A stretch of 64,000 nt of DNA from a virus. The stretch lies in the IMG/VR virus record IMGVR_UViG_3300017917_005108, positions 1 to 64,000 of that record. One strand, 5' to 3'. Shown in pieces: positions 28,409-39,562 of this stretch (positions within the stretch are counted from its first letter, which is position 1; every line of letters begins with the position of its first letter). Made by a program: the position numbers and the translations under genes. The notes beneath the pieces were generated by a model, which ran no database searches, had not been told where the DNA came from, and saw only the letters and a list, made by a program, of their open reading frames with translations.

Positions 28409-30028
28409 CTAGTTTAAATATATAATAGTACTATCTAAAGGAGCCTTTTTAACTTCATCTTTTAGAATATTTAAAAGATTTTCCTGTATGTCATATATCT
28501 TCTCTAGACATCTATTAACGACAGCATTTTGAAATACTTCATTTTTACCTATAAAAAAGTCAATATCAGTTTCAAAATAAATAGATTCTCTTTCTTCTAC
28601 TGTTAAATATCTTGTAAATTTAAAAACTATATTATTTTTTTCATCTCTTTTAAATAAAAATTTTCCTATTATTTGATCTCTAAATCTCATATGATTTATT
28701 AAAAGTTTAGAAAGTGCTTTATTAAAGATCCAGCTTTGAACATACTCTAATTCATTAAATTTGATTTCATCATATGTATATACATCATAATTAGGAATAG
28801 TTAAAATATCATATAGGTTTACATTATCGTAAAATGAATTAAACATAGGCGTGTTTCCGTTTTTTGTATATACTATATTTCTATCATTTTGATTATCTTT
28901 AGTTGGAATTGTGGTAAAACCGTAAACTATTTGAGGTGTGGTGTAGTTAAAGAGGTAGAACAAATATTTACCTATTGTTTCTTGAGGAAGTGAGACAAAT
29001 TTTTTATATATATTTTTGTTGCTAGTTACATAAAATATATTGTCATCTGTTTGTGAGAAAAATAAATTAGTAAAAACCTCATCATCATTAGTAATAGAAG
29101 AAAGAGATACAACAGTTTTTGTACTGAAATTACTGTCGTATTTTAATAATAAACTATTATTACATAATATATACATATTTCCAAAATTATCATTTTTAAT
29201 TCTTATAGGGTATGCGCTTAATAAATCTCTTTGTAAGCCGTAAGTATATTTCCAATTTAAATTTTCATCATATTCTTTTACACATAAATTTCCGCTATCT
29301 AAGATGTAGATATTATTATCGTAGTAGCTTATACCTCTTGGATTCTTAAATTCATACTTATCTTTTATAGAACCATTACCGCCAATAGCTTTTTGAAAAA
29401 ATAACCTATTGGTTAAAATATTATCATCTGTGTAGAGACCGTTACCATCGTACTTGTAAAGTTTACTTGCACTTAAATCTAAGACTAAAATACTATTATT
29501 TGGGCCTTTACTAATGTCGTTAATATATCCGAAATTAATACCGGTTGGCTGCTCTGTGCTATAATCAGTAGTACTCAATACAACTCCTATAGTAGATTGA
29601 TTTATATTTGAATCTAATAGTATTAATTTTTGTCCTGTTGTAGCTAGAATATTATATTTTTGCGCTTCAGGGTTATTTGCACCGTAAATTAATGTAAGAT
29701 TATCAAGGTCAGGGAGGCCTACACTTGAAAGAGGTTGAAATTGTTGTGAAGATGCACCATAATACCACGTAAATTCATTATGCAATGAAGACACACCAGC
29801 AATCGCTGTTGAAGATAGAGGAATTAAATTGCTAGCAATTTTACTGTATTTGTAGAGATATAAAAAATTATCATATAAATGTTTTATTTTTAAATTAACT
29901 AAACCTGCAGTTACGGTATCGTTTGGCGCTATTTTTATTTTATCTCTATTAAAAGGTAGAGTTAAATTATAACTTACAAATCTATCGTATATTAATCCTG
30001 AATTGTTAAAGACTTCTTCTATATTCAT
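28409..30028 (-). CDS. Putative virion protein with NHL-type beta-propeller
   Basis: FKNPRGI...IYILDSGNLCVKEYD. Confidence 0.6.
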   Translation of the reverse strand: MNIEEVFNNSGLIYDRFVSYNLTLPFNRDKIKIAPNDTVTAGLVNLKIKHLYDNFLYLYKYSKIASNLIPLSSTAIAGVSSLHNEFTWYYGASSQQFQPLSSVGLPDLDNLTLIYGANNPEAQKYNILATTGQKLILLDSNINQSTIGVVLSTTDYSTEQPTGINFGYINDISKGPNNSILVLDLSASKLYKYDGNGLYTDDNILTNRLFFQKAIGGNGSIKDKYEFKNPRGISYYDNNIYILDSGNLCVKEYDENLNWKYTYGLQRDLLSAYPIRIKNDNFGNMYILCNNSLLLKYDSNFSTKTVVSLSSITNDDEVFTNLFFSQTDDNIFYVTSNKNIYKKFVSLPQETIGKYLFYLFNYTTPQIVYGFTTIPTKDNQNDRNIVYTKNGNTPMFNSFYDNVNLYDILTIPNYDVYTYDEIKFNELEYVQSWIFNKALSKLLINHMRFRDQIIGKFLFKRDEKNNIVFKFTRYLTVEERESIYFETDIDFFIGKNEVFQNAVVNRCLEKIYDIQENLLNILKDEVKKAPLDSTIIYLN

Positions 30029-31755
30029 TAATTACTCCATTTAATTTCATTTATTTTTATATAAGCAGGAACTGTTTTAGCTAAAATAGAATATATTCTT
30101 TTTTCTATTTCTAACTTTAATTCATCGTTTAATATACTGCTATTTTTAAGAACTATATTCATTAAGGTAGATTTATTACCGGGGATACTAAATTTAAAGT
30201 ATCTTTCAATTTCTTCTAAATAATTTCTCCTACCACAAGCAGTGTCAAATACAATATCTTGAATTTCTCCAGAATTAGCTTTAGCATGAAACGCAATATC
30301 AAAATAATTTAAAGGTTCACTATATAAATAAAAATTTTTCATTGTAATACCTGTTGTGTTAAAATTATTATCTTTTAAAAATTCAAACAACGGTAGTGAA
30401 TTAGTGTAAGGTGCTGTTCCTATAAAAAACGGTCTATCTATTAAATTAGAAAATTCATATTTTCTTGGCTTGAAAGTGTCATTAGCTACTATTTGATTAT
30501 CTATTAGAAAATAAGCTGTTCCTGTATATGTATCTACACGGAAACAGAAATTATGGTATCCAGGATCTAGAGTGGATAAATTATATACCAAATTTACATA
30601 AGCATAATCTAGATTATTAAGAGAATTTACAAGTTTTAATTTAAAATTAATACTTGATTTTGGATATAAATCCAAAATATATTCTCTTAAATAGCTAGTC
30701 TGTGTTAGTGGGATATTTACTGACGGTATGTAGTAAATTTTATAATCTTTAAATATCTCTAAATTATCATTCATTTTTAAAAACTGTGTATGATAAGATC
30801 CTGAAGAAGAAATGCTTTGTACTAATGCAGTTTTTACTATTGTATTATTTTCTAATTCATAGGTAAAGTCTATAGACGTGCATGATTTTGCGAAATTTAT
30901 AGTTGATGCAGATGCAATAAACACTAATGTGCTATCAAATTTCGAAACATTTGTATTATTATGTAAAATCCATATATTACCATCTAGATCAATATTGTAA
31001 TTGTTTAAGATTGTCTGAGATTGAAAAACTTCTGAAACATCAAAAAATGGAGAGGTTATGTTTTTCCATTTATAGATAGAATTGCCGTCAACAAAATATA
31101 TAGTACTTTTTACTCTTTTAGAATTGTTTTTTCCAGTTAAGTATAGTTTATCATCGTATAAATTAATCGTAGTTGCTCGTGAGAGAATAGTACCATAAAC
31201 TTTTTTCTCAACATCAGTATCAGCTATTACATCTTGTATGCTTCCTGTGTCTAATTCAATACGAAGTATTGATCTTCCTGGGTTAGTATTAACAAGAAAA
31301 TAAGCATATTTTTCATCGTAATCATAATCTAAAAGCTCTGTTAGAAGTGAATTATATACTGAATATACCTCTACATTTAGATTTGTGTATTTTATAAAAA
31401 TACCTGTATCATATAGTATAAAATAATCATTAAATCCTTCTTTTCTTATAACAGCAATTGCTGAAGCAGGTAATTCTACAGTATTTAAAATATCAAAGTT
31501 TAAATTGGTAATTACTAAAGCGCTTGCAGAATTTATAAATAGTGTAGGTGTTAGGTAGTTAATATTAAAAATTCCAAAACCGTCATTTGAATAATTTCCG
31601 ATTAACTGATAAGAAAATGGCTTATTCCAGTCATCCGCATACATGTCAAATACTAGAGTGAAGTTGTTTGAATATTGTATAGAAGAAAGATTGGTTGTTT
31701 TACTATATGTATATTTGTCAAAATATACTTCTTCAGTGTCATAGTAAACTGACAT
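30028..31755 (-). CDS. Putative virion protein, LamG-like halves flanking a propeller-like insert
   Basis: FTLVFDMY..DW; GYHNFCFRVD...FLIDN...FFIG...MKNFYLYSEPL. Confidence 0.55.
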   Translation of the reverse strand: MSVYYDTEEVYFDKYTYSKTTNLSSIQYSNNFTLVFDMYADDWNKPFSYQLIGNYSNDGFGIFNINYLTPTLFINSASALVITNLNFDILNTVELPASAIAVIRKEGFNDYFILYDTGIFIKYTNLNVEVYSVYNSLLTELLDYDYDEKYAYFLVNTNPGRSILRIELDTGSIQDVIADTDVEKKVYGTILSRATTINLYDDKLYLTGKNNSKRVKSTIYFVDGNSIYKWKNITSPFFDVSEVFQSQTILNNYNIDLDGNIWILHNNTNVSKFDSTLVFIASASTINFAKSCTSIDFTYELENNTIVKTALVQSISSSGSYHTQFLKMNDNLEIFKDYKIYYIPSVNIPLTQTSYLREYILDLYPKSSINFKLKLVNSLNNLDYAYVNLVYNLSTLDPGYHNFCFRVDTYTGTAYFLIDNQIVANDTFKPRKYEFSNLIDRPFFIGTAPYTNSLPLFEFLKDNNFNTTGITMKNFYLYSEPLNYFDIAFHAKANSGEIQDIVFDTACGRRNYLEEIERYFKFSIPGNKSTLMNIVLKNSSILNDELKLEIEKRIYSILAKTVPAYIKINEIKWSN

Positions 31756-31789
31756 ATTATTATTTACTATTCAAGTTAGATACAACTAC

Positions 31790-32356
31790 TTATGAAATTT
31801 TGTTTATTTTCACATTAGCATAGATTTCTGTAGTAAAGTTACCTTCAACTCCAAATCCATTAGTGCTTTGGGTAGATTGACATCTTTGCTGTAATTCAAA
31901 CGTTTTACTAGAAGCAATAGTAAATCTACCTTGTATAATATTGTTTACAGTAACGTTTGAATAAGCGTAAATAGCTCCTCCTAGTAAAGTTGTAGATGTG
32001 TCTGTTATATTTTGCAGCCTTGCTTGCACTCTATTACAAGAATAGGCTGGTGCTACTGCAAAAAAATCATATGTACCTGGAGGCAAAGTAAACTGATTAC
32101 TAGCTAGTGAACATATATTGCCTGTATCTAATACTTTAGTATTAAGTGTTCTAGTTCTCCAATCACCGCTAGTAAATGACCCACCGGGGGTGTTTTGAGT
32201 TTTTTGATCCTGTAAAACTACTGTATAGTCAACTCTACCGGTTGAAACAGCAGAAGCTAATGTAGTTCTATACGTTACTACCCCAGTTGTTAGTGGAAAA
32301 TAGTCAAAACTAGCTGGCTGCTGTATAGGTAAATCTATAATTTTTACGTTTGCCAT
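31790..32356 (-). CDS. Small fiber/spike-like protein (C1q/TNF-like head)
   Basis: MANVKIIDLP N-terminus; WRTRTLNT...NQFTLPPGTYDF...FELQ. Confidence 0.55.
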   Translation of the reverse strand: MANVKIIDLPIQQPASFDYFPLTTGVVTYRTTLASAVSTGRVDYTVVLQDQKTQNTPGGSFTSGDWRTRTLNTKVLDTGNICSLASNQFTLPPGTYDFFAVAPAYSCNRVQARLQNITDTSTTLLGGAIYAYSNVTVNNIIQGRFTIASSKTFELQQRCQSTQSTNGFGVEGNFTTEIYANVKINKIS

Positions 32357-32366
32357 ATATTATTAT

Positions 32367-34232
32367 TTATGGTCCAGTTATTATATAGTCACCGCTATCT
32401 GCAATAATAGGATCACTTGCATCTGTTAATAGCTTATCTACTAAAGTAGGTGTAGGAGTGGGTGTAGGCGTAACAGTAGGTGTAGGTGTTGGTGTAGGTG
32501 AAGGACCAGGAATTGTTGGAGTAGGTGTAGGAGTTGGTGTGTTTGTAGGTGTAGGAGTAGGTGTAGGTGTGGGTGTGGGTGTAGGTGTTGGTTTTGGAGC
32601 AGTAAATCCATTAGTGTCTTTTTCTATTATATTAGTATTAAATAACTGTAACCCTTTTTGAACTAAACTACCTGTTAATGAGTTTAATAGGTTTATACTA
32701 AAATCTGGTCCTATATGATGATAGGCGTAATACGTGCCTTTTTCAAATACTAAACTTGAAGGTATGTCAAATACATCAACATAACCAAACAAATCATTAA
32801 TATCCTTTACCAAACAATCAAAAACTGAAGTAAATTCAATAGCATTAAAAGTAGATGCAGTCAATGCATTTATATAGGATACTTTTATAGGGTTATAATA
32901 TCTGTCTATCCATATTGGTTTAACTTTTGGGTCTAAACTACCAGAAAGCCAAGAGCATAGAAAATCACCAGATGTTTCTTCTAGTGTATTGCCAAAATAA
33001 CTATTTCTTGAATAGTTTCCTTTTTTCTTAAAAATTTTATCACTCTTAAGAGGATGATCACCTGGAATTGCTCCTGCCTCTATTAACCCTGAATCATTTA
33101 TATTAAGTTTTGTAAATGGATAAAATATTTGGGGTATGTGAAAATAAGTAACTTTATCTTTTTTAAGAATTATATTTGAAGTATAACTTTCATATCCAAC
33201 AGTTATATTATCATTTCCTAGTAATTGGTTAGATCCTGTAAACAGTTTTTTATAATCTCTTTGAACAATTCTTTGCTCATTAAAAAATGGGTTATTTCTA
33301 GATTGATAATTTTCAGGTGTATTAGAATTCTTTAAAGATAGTAAATTAATATAAATTTCATTGCCAGAAATAGTAAAATATTCATTATTAAGTAAAAAAT
33401 TATCAAATGCATCATTATAGCTTAAACTTTCATTTATTGGTAAAGAATTATTTTTAAAGTTTTTAAGATATGATACCCAGGGGTCTGAAATATCTGTAAA
33501 GTTAGGCCCATAATTTCTTTTAACACATCTAAAAATAGAATTGTTTGTAAAAGCAGCTTGAGTACCTGTAATGGGATCAACTAAAGTTAATTCATCTAAA
33601 TCAGGATTATAAGTTACATATTTTATAATATCATTTATATTTTTTTGCAATACTATAAAATTATCACCTCTATCATAGTTGTAGATAAAAATTTGAGGTG
33701 AATACTGTCCAAAATTATCTGCATCAATATCTTTACACATGCTTAAATTTCCTGTATAATCAAGTGTTAAAAATCTCTTTACACCGTCATTTTCATGAGC
33801 AATTTTACACAATGCATCAGTTAAAAATACAATTTCAAAAAAGTATCTGTTGTCAATTAAGTCACTTTTACCAGAAACTGCTACATTACAATTAAAAATG
33901 TTTGGTGATGGCTCTGCTGCAACCCAAAATTTAGAAAGCGGTGAAATAAAATCAATAGCGTTTACAGCAAGATAGGTAGAAAACCCCTCATCTGGTAATG
34001 GCTCTAATGGTTCTATCTCTAGAACATCAGATAAAAAATTAGTTTTAGAAAGATATAAATTCGAGTAGTTGTTTGTTGAAGTATCATTAGCATCTTTAAA
34101 AACACTTGCAAATGAAAAATTTATACTGTTTTCAGTATAAATGTTTTGTGTTTTTAAATTTAAAGTTTCGTCTAAATTATACTTGGCTGATAAGGGTATA
34201 AAATTAGTAGATGATAAGCCAAATACTTGCAT
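32367..34232 (-). CDS. Putative virion protein with C-terminal Pro-Thr stalk and terminal acidic peptide
   Basis: 621 aa; (PT)n tract then [19 protein letters not shown]. Confidence 0.65.
   Translation of the reverse strand: MQVFGLSSTNFIPLSAKYNLDETLNLKTQNIYTENSINFSFASVFKDANDTSTNNYSNLYLSKTNFLSDVLEIEPLEPLPDEGFSTYLAVNAIDFISPLSKFWVAAEPSPNIFNCNVAVSGKSDLIDNRYFFEIVFLTDALCKIAHENDGVKRFLTLDYTGNLSMCKDIDADNFGQYSPQIFIYNYDRGDNFIVLQKNINDIIKYVTYNPDLDELTLVDPITGTQAAFTNNSIFRCVKRNYGPNFTDISDPWVSYLKNFKNNSLPINESLSYNDAFDNFLLNNEYFTISGNEIYINLLSLKNSNTPENYQSRNNPFFNEQRIVQRDYKKLFTGSNQLLGNDNITVGYESYTSNIILKKDKVTYFHIPQIFYPFTKLNINDSGLIEAGAIPGDHPLKSDKIFKKKGNYSRNSYFGNTLEETSGDFLCSWLSGSLDPKVKPIWIDRYYNPIKVSYINALTASTFNAIEFTSVFDCLVKDINDLFGYVDVFDIPSSLVFEKGTYYAYHHIGPDFSINLLNSLTGSLVQKGLQLFNTNIIEKDTNGFTAPKPTPTPTPTPTPTPTPTNTPTPTPTPTIPGPSPTPTPTPTVTPTPTPTPTLVDKLLTDASDPIIADSGDYIITGP
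32445..32597 (-). repeat. (Pro-Thr)n coding tandem repeat
   Basis: Degenerate 6-bp GGTGTN/GGAGTN repeats on the + strand. Confidence 0.95.
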
Positions 34233-34240
34233 ATTATTAT

Positions 34241-36217
34241 TTAAGAAATAGTTCCATATACAACACCTGCCCCTATATTATTTACAGTAGCAGTATATCC
34301 GTTTAAATTAATTGCTTTGCCTGCAGCGCCACCTTGGCCTCCTCCATTTGAAGCTGATGCTCCATTAATACCTAAATTACCACCATTACCGCCAGGAGCA
34401 GCAGACGCACCAGCAGCGCCTCCTGTAAGATAACTGCCAGGGCTTGAAGCTTCTCCTACACCAGATGCGCAATCTCCTAGCGCCAACCCTTGACCAACAT
34501 TTATTCCAGCGCCACCACCTGAGCGACCACCTCTAATTGCTCCAAATATAATATTAGTTGATCTTCCTCCTCCTCCTGCACCTCCACCGCCACCTATAAT
34601 ACCTGAGTTATTAATTGTTAGATTATAGTTTAAGTTAATTGCATTTCCACCAGAATTGCCATTTAAAAACTCACATACGCCATTGCCACCCTTACCAGCC
34701 ACGACACCATTTGCAGGTGAATTGGTTCCATCAGATACAGCTGGTACTACCAATGTAATATTTGATCCAGCAGGCCAGCTACCGGTATCTAATGCTGCTG
34801 TTCCTGTTGAAGTGCTTCCTATATTTCCTATTACAGTAAATGAAATGTTTACTGGGTTATTGGATGAATCACCGGTTTGAGATTCATAAGATGATCTAAG
34901 ATTTACATTATAAGTAGTTGAGCTAGCGGAACCAATAGTTAGATTACTAGGTGTGTTAGTTGGAGTAGGCGTAGGTGTTGGAGTTGGGGTAGGTGTAGGA
35001 GTGGGAGTTGGTGTGGGGGTAACGCAAATTTGCATTACTGCTGGTAGCCCACCAAAAGGATTAGTAAATCCAGTGGCATTGTTGCAATAGTACACAGTAG
35101 CTCCGGAGCCTAAGTCATTACCAACGCCTAAGCTTGGAGCATTTCCAGAAAAATAAATACCCGATAAGCTATCACAACTACCAAACACAAGATCATCTAC
35201 TAGTGTTACACTACTTGGAATGGTAATATCTTTTAAGAGTTTGCAAACTGAAAATGCATTACCCAGAATAGTAGTTACACTGTTAGGTATATTGACGCTT
35301 GAAAGCCCATAAAGATTCCGGGCAAAACAATAATAATCAAGGGTTGTTACACTGTTTGGAATTGTATAAGCATCTTTTCTGCCAGCAGGGTAAGTCAGCA
35401 AAGTAGTTTGATTTTTGTCAAATAGTACTCCATTGATAGAGCTGTAATTAGGATTAGCAGGGTTTACATTGATGCTTGATAGTGAAGTACAGGATGAAAA
35501 GGTACGGCTGGCTATAGATGCTAGCCCGCTACCTAACTCTACAGATCCAGTAAGAGCAAAACAATACCTAAAAGAACTACTTCCAAAAGTGGTCACATTT
35601 TTAAGGCTAGGAATAGTAACTAGATAAGAACATGAGGTGAAAGCTTGTGAACCTATGTTAGTTACGTTAGAGCCACCCTCTACACTTATTAGACTGCCTT
35701 GATTATAAAACGCATTACTACCAATGCTGGTGACACCAGAGCCAATGACTATATTGGTAAGTGTTTTACTTGTATTGTAACTGTTTGATGTTAATGTGGT
35801 ATCAGAACTCTGTGAGGTAGTATTGTCACTATAAAAGAACACAGTATGTACGGGTGGTAGCGTGGGTGTAGGCGTAGATGTCGGAGTATTTGTTGGTGTA
35901 GGTGTTGGTGTAGGGGTAAATGTTGGAGTGGGAGTGGGAGAAGGTGTTGGTGTATTAGTTGGAGTAGGTGTAGGCGTAGGAGTACCTACTGGTGTAAAAT
36001 TAACTGGTATTGTGTTTAAATCAAATACATAATCTTTATTTGGTTCTAATGAAGTTAAAGTATTAGTAACGCTATTTGGGGTAAAAGTAATTAAACCTGT
36101 TCCAGCAGTATTAGGAGTAATAATTCTATTAATTTTATTTTTATCAGGAAAATTAGGTAAGAAGCATCCTTCTGCTTCTGTGTATTTAGTAATTATTTTA
36201 TTTTTGTTTATATTCAT
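34241..36217 (-). CDS. Modular adhesin: N-module / PT / BspA-type LRR / PT / gp38-like Gly-rich head
   Basis: [16 protein letters not shown] repeats; C-terminal [13 protein letters not shown]...GGAAGKAI. Confidence 0.8.
   Translation of the reverse strand: MNINKNKIITKYTEAEGCFLPNFPDKNKINRIITPNTAGTGLITFTPNSVTNTLTSLEPNKDYVFDLNTIPVNFTPVGTPTPTPTPTNTPTPSPTPTPTFTPTPTPTPTNTPTSTPTPTLPPVHTVFFYSDNTTSQSSDTTLTSNSYNTSKTLTNIVIGSGVTSIGSNAFYNQGSLISVEGGSNVTNIGSQAFTSCSYLVTIPSLKNVTTFGSSSFRYCFALTGSVELGSGLASIASRTFSSCTSLSSINVNPANPNYSSINGVLFDKNQTTLLTYPAGRKDAYTIPNSVTTLDYYCFARNLYGLSSVNIPNSVTTILGNAFSVCKLLKDITIPSSVTLVDDLVFGSCDSLSGIYFSGNAPSLGVGNDLGSGATVYYCNNATGFTNPFGGLPAVMQICVTPTPTPTPTPTPTPTPTPTPTNTPSNLTIGSASSTTYNVNLRSSYESQTGDSSNNPVNISFTVIGNIGSTSTGTAALDTGSWPAGSNITLVVPAVSDGTNSPANGVVAGKGGNGVCEFLNGNSGGNAINLNYNLTINNSGIIGGGGGAGGGGRSTNIIFGAIRGGRSGGGAGINVGQGLALGDCASGVGEASSPGSYLTGGAAGASAAPGGNGGNLGINGASASNGGGQGGAAGKAINLNGYTATVNNIGAGVVYGTIS
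34949..35021 (-). repeat. (Pro-Thr)n coding repeat
   Basis: TPTPTPTP tract. Confidence 0.9.
35856..35985 (-). repeat. (Pro-Thr)n coding repeat
   Basis: [14 protein letters not shown] tract. Confidence 0.9.
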
Positions 36218-39200
36218 GGTATATACTCATATGTTACTACATTTCTAGATACGTCACCGCCACCTATTATATAGACTTTTTCTGAGCTGTCCTTTGTTAT
36301 TCCCTCTCCGCCGTAACCACCTTGATTTATTGAGGAGGAAACAAAAGATAAAACAGGCTGATTACCATTTGGGTAAACTGGATAGGTAATGACAATTCCG
36401 CTTGCAAGTGTTGTACTCCCTACAGCAATTAATCTTTTTACCCCGCCATTATTAGTGAAAATAGCATTCGATATACTATATGTAAAATTCAATGGAACGT
36501 TGGCCCAGGTAGCCCCGTTATCATTAGAGCATTTAAAAAACTGTGAGGTTGAGGGAAATTTAGCTAATCCCATAGCAACCCAATTGTTACTTCCATCTGT
36601 TGTAACTACTCTAAAATCAAAATTATCTGTATTAGGATCAGGATCTGGCCAGTCGTTCCATTGTAATTTTGACCAAGAGAGACCATTATCTGTAGATCTA
36701 TAATAAGCTTTGCTTAATCCTACAGCAACCCATACCCCATTACCGTAGTCTATAGATCTTATATCGGTGTTGACAGTACCTACTGATGGTTGAGAGATGG
36801 TAGTCCATGTGGCTCCGTTATCTGTCGATCTATATAATCCTCCATTTTGAACCCATGAAGCTATCCATACCCCATTACCATATTTTGCTACAGATTGATT
36901 GAATACCGTACTTTCAAGTTTTTTACTCCAGTTTAATCCATCAGTAGAGTATAGATATCTTGTATAAGGGCCTGGTGTATTTAAATCATCAAAGCTGCCG
37001 CTCATTATCCACAAACCATTACCATAAGCTATATCAAAAGGCTGAGTATTAATTGGAAGATTAGTCATCTTAGTCCAATTAACACCATCTGTTGATGTTA
37101 GATATTCATTATTGCCTGGGGGAGGTGTATTAAAATTAATAGCTGTGAATCTATTGTTACCATAAGCTACTTTATAAACTGCGCCATTAAAAGGTGCAGG
37201 TAACTTATTGCTATATAAAGTAAATCCAAGATCTCCTGGTATTTGTGTAGACGTTGGGGTAGGTGAAGGTGTTGGAGTAGGAGTAGGTGTAGGGGTAGCA
37301 GTAGGCGTTGGAGTGGGTGTGTTAGTAGGGGCAGGTGTAGGTGATGGTGTAGGAGTAGGTGTAGGTGCAAAAGGATCGTAATTAATTATATAAGGAATAA
37401 CTGATGAGTTAATCAAATAATATCTGCCAGCAGAAAGGTATTGCATAGTGCTAGGTCCACCAGGCTTATAAATTAAGAATGTAGTTCCGTTTAAGTCTGT
37501 CCCAGTAATTCCTATGATGTTACTGTTACCATAATATCCTGGCATGAAAATGTCAGTCTGACTATTGTTGTAAACTATTTGCCAGTATTTGTTGACTTCT
37601 ATGCCCAGAGGGTTAAGAGTGGGAGTAGGCGTAGGTGTAGGAGTAGGGGTAGGAGTGGGTGTAGGAGTGGGTGTAGGAGTAGGGCCTTGACGAGGTCTAG
37701 TATATAAATTGTATATTTTTAATATAGAAGATCCAGTATTTGCAAAAGTAAATGAATATAAGCTTTCTTGTGTAGTACTAATGGTTGCATTAGTTGTTAT
37801 ATAAACAGGATTATTATCTATAGAAGTTTCAGAAAAATTATAGGCAGATAGATAATTTTGAGCATATATAGGCGAATAGTTATTAAAGAAAGAATGATTA
37901 GGGAAGGGCGGTGAAATTAAATCTACATCATAGAATACATTAAACGAGGTAACATTTGTAGCTACTGTTATGTTATAAGACTCAGTAGATTTTACAAATA
38001 TATCTAAGCCATTTTTATCTATATAGTATGTAGATTCTTTAGGCAACACTTGATATGAAATTACATCTGTAGAAAGTAATTTAAAGTTTGTAACATAGTT
38101 AGCAGAATCAGCTTCTGCTACAATCATATTTTTATAGATATCATTGCTCAATCCTATTTTGTTTAGAGCGTTTATATTTTCTACATCATAATAAGATAGA
38201 GGTACGGAAGTAAAAGCAAGGTTAAAAATGTTAAAAACTGAATTTCCATTTATAACAGTTACAGAAGGTGTATAAAGTGTTAGGTTTTCATTTTGAGGAT
38301 AATATTCATGCTTTGGATATACAAACTTTGGATTACCTGGCTGATATCCAAAAGTATTAGAAGCATTAGGGTCTATGTTTGTATAATTAACTATAATTTC
38401 TTTTTCTACATCTAATATTTCAGAACCATCTCCAAAATCATATATAACTTTTAAAGTAGTATAAAAAGAATTATCTATAGCTGAGGGTATAAAAGTTAAA
38501 GTATATGGACCTTTTAAAATTCCTAAATTTATATTTTCTATCGTATTTTGTATTTGATATCCCCATGGAAAAAACAACCCACCATATGTAGATAAAGTAT
38601 ATGCAGATGTTTGACCAAATAAAAATGTTGATGTATAATAGTCGTTTAATACTTCTGCCTGTGAGAGCGCGGTGTTATAAATTTTTACACTTTGCACATT
38701 ACCCTTAAACCCCTCTCCGTTTGTTGGATCATTAGTAGGATCAGCTCTTCCTATTAAAAACGGCGCAGTGTTGGTTGCTGATAATGTTGTTGCAGCTGCA
38801 GAAAAATCTAAATCAAAACCACTAATATTTAAAACTAAATTAGTTGCAACATGTGATTGACTAGGACATAAAAACTTTTTAGATCCGTTTACATAGCACT
38901 GTAATATTTTGCTGGACTGATCTACTACTAATGCAACATGGTTATAACCATTTATAATACAGTTATCAATAGTAGTATGATAGATTGCACTAAGTGGACT
39001 CGGACTAAGCCCTGATCCAATACCAACATAAACATTTTTATTAGCAGTTTGTATTATATATCCAGGGCTAAAAAACCAATGTCCTTTATTTACAACTCTT
39101 TGCAAACTACTTCTTCCTGATGAAAAAATAGCAGTAATAGTAAAGCTGTTTTGTTCAAAATTAAATCTTTTATCATTATCAGCTGATAATACGGAAAGAC

Positions 39201-39510
39201 TACTGTAGAGAGTGTTATTTAAAGAATATACTCCAGTATTACTTGTTCTGTTTAATTTTAAATCATTTGTTTGAGTGGTAGAGGTATCATTAGCTGATAC
39301 CGTACTATATCTTGATTCAGGGTCTTCTGTATCTATTTTTAATACTTGAGGTGTTATGCTTGCAGAAAGAACTGTAAAAACACCGCCATCTACGTTATTT
39401 GGATATGTAAAGGCTGTTCCGTATACAGGATCTAAGAAAAACCAGTGATTTAAGTAATTTGGCTTTCCAGATATTTGATAACTGGACAGTATTACATTAA
39501 GAAAATTCAC
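36214..39510 (-). CDS. Large virion protein: LamG, PKD-like, two PT tracts, BNR/Asp-box propeller
   Basis: YNHVALV...YVNG...FKGNVQSVKIYNTALS; YDFGDG; STDGxxW / STDNGATW repeats. Confidence 0.8.
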   Translation of the reverse strand: MNFLNVILSSYQISGKPNYLNHWFFLDPVYGTAFTYPNNVDGGVFTVLSASITPQVLKIDTEDPESRYSTVSANDTSTTQTNDLKLNRTSNTGVYSLNNTLYSSLSVLSADNDKRFNFEQNSFTITAIFSSGRSSLQRVVNKGHWFFSPGYIIQTANKNVYVGIGSGLSPSPLSAIYHTTIDNCIINGYNHVALVVDQSSKILQCYVNGSKKFLCPSQSHVATNLVLNISGFDLDFSAAATTLSATNTAPFLIGRADPTNDPTNGEGFKGNVQSVKIYNTALSQAEVLNDYYTSTFLFGQTSAYTLSTYGGLFFPWGYQIQNTIENINLGILKGPYTLTFIPSAIDNSFYTTLKVIYDFGDGSEILDVEKEIIVNYTNIDPNASNTFGYQPGNPKFVYPKHEYYPQNENLTLYTPSVTVINGNSVFNIFNLAFTSVPLSYYDVENINALNKIGLSNDIYKNMIVAEADSANYVTNFKLLSTDVISYQVLPKESTYYIDKNGLDIFVKSTESYNITVATNVTSFNVFYDVDLISPPFPNHSFFNNYSPIYAQNYLSAYNFSETSIDNNPVYITTNATISTTQESLYSFTFANTGSSILKIYNLYTRPRQGPTPTPTPTPTPTPTPTPTPTPTLNPLGIEVNKYWQIVYNNSQTDIFMPGYYGNSNIIGITGTDLNGTTFLIYKPGGPSTMQYLSAGRYYLINSSVIPYIINYDPFAPTPTPTPSPTPAPTNTPTPTPTATPTPTPTPTPSPTPTSTQIPGDLGFTLYSNKLPAPFNGAVYKVAYGNNRFTAINFNTPPPGNNEYLTSTDGVNWTKMTNLPINTQPFDIAYGNGLWIMSGSFDDLNTPGPYTRYLYSTDGLNWSKKLESTVFNQSVAKYGNGVWIASWVQNGGLYRSTDNGATWTTISQPSVGTVNTDIRSIDYGNGVWVAVGLSKAYYRSTDNGLSWSKLQWNDWPDPDPNTDNFDFRVVTTDGSNNWVAMGLAKFPSTSQFFKCSNDNGATWANVPLNFTYSISNAIFTNNGGVKRLIAVGSTTLASGIVITYPVYPNGNQPVLSFVSSSINQGGYGGEGITKDSSEKVYIIGGGDVSRNVVTYEYIP
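37254..37684 (-). repeat. Two (Pro-Thr)n tracts flanking an ~80-aa module
   Basis: PT tracts at ~37254-37368 and ~37617-37684. Confidence 0.9.
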
Positions 39511-39562
39511 TTAATTATTTAATTTTATATTATATTATCCAATATATAAATACATCTTTATG

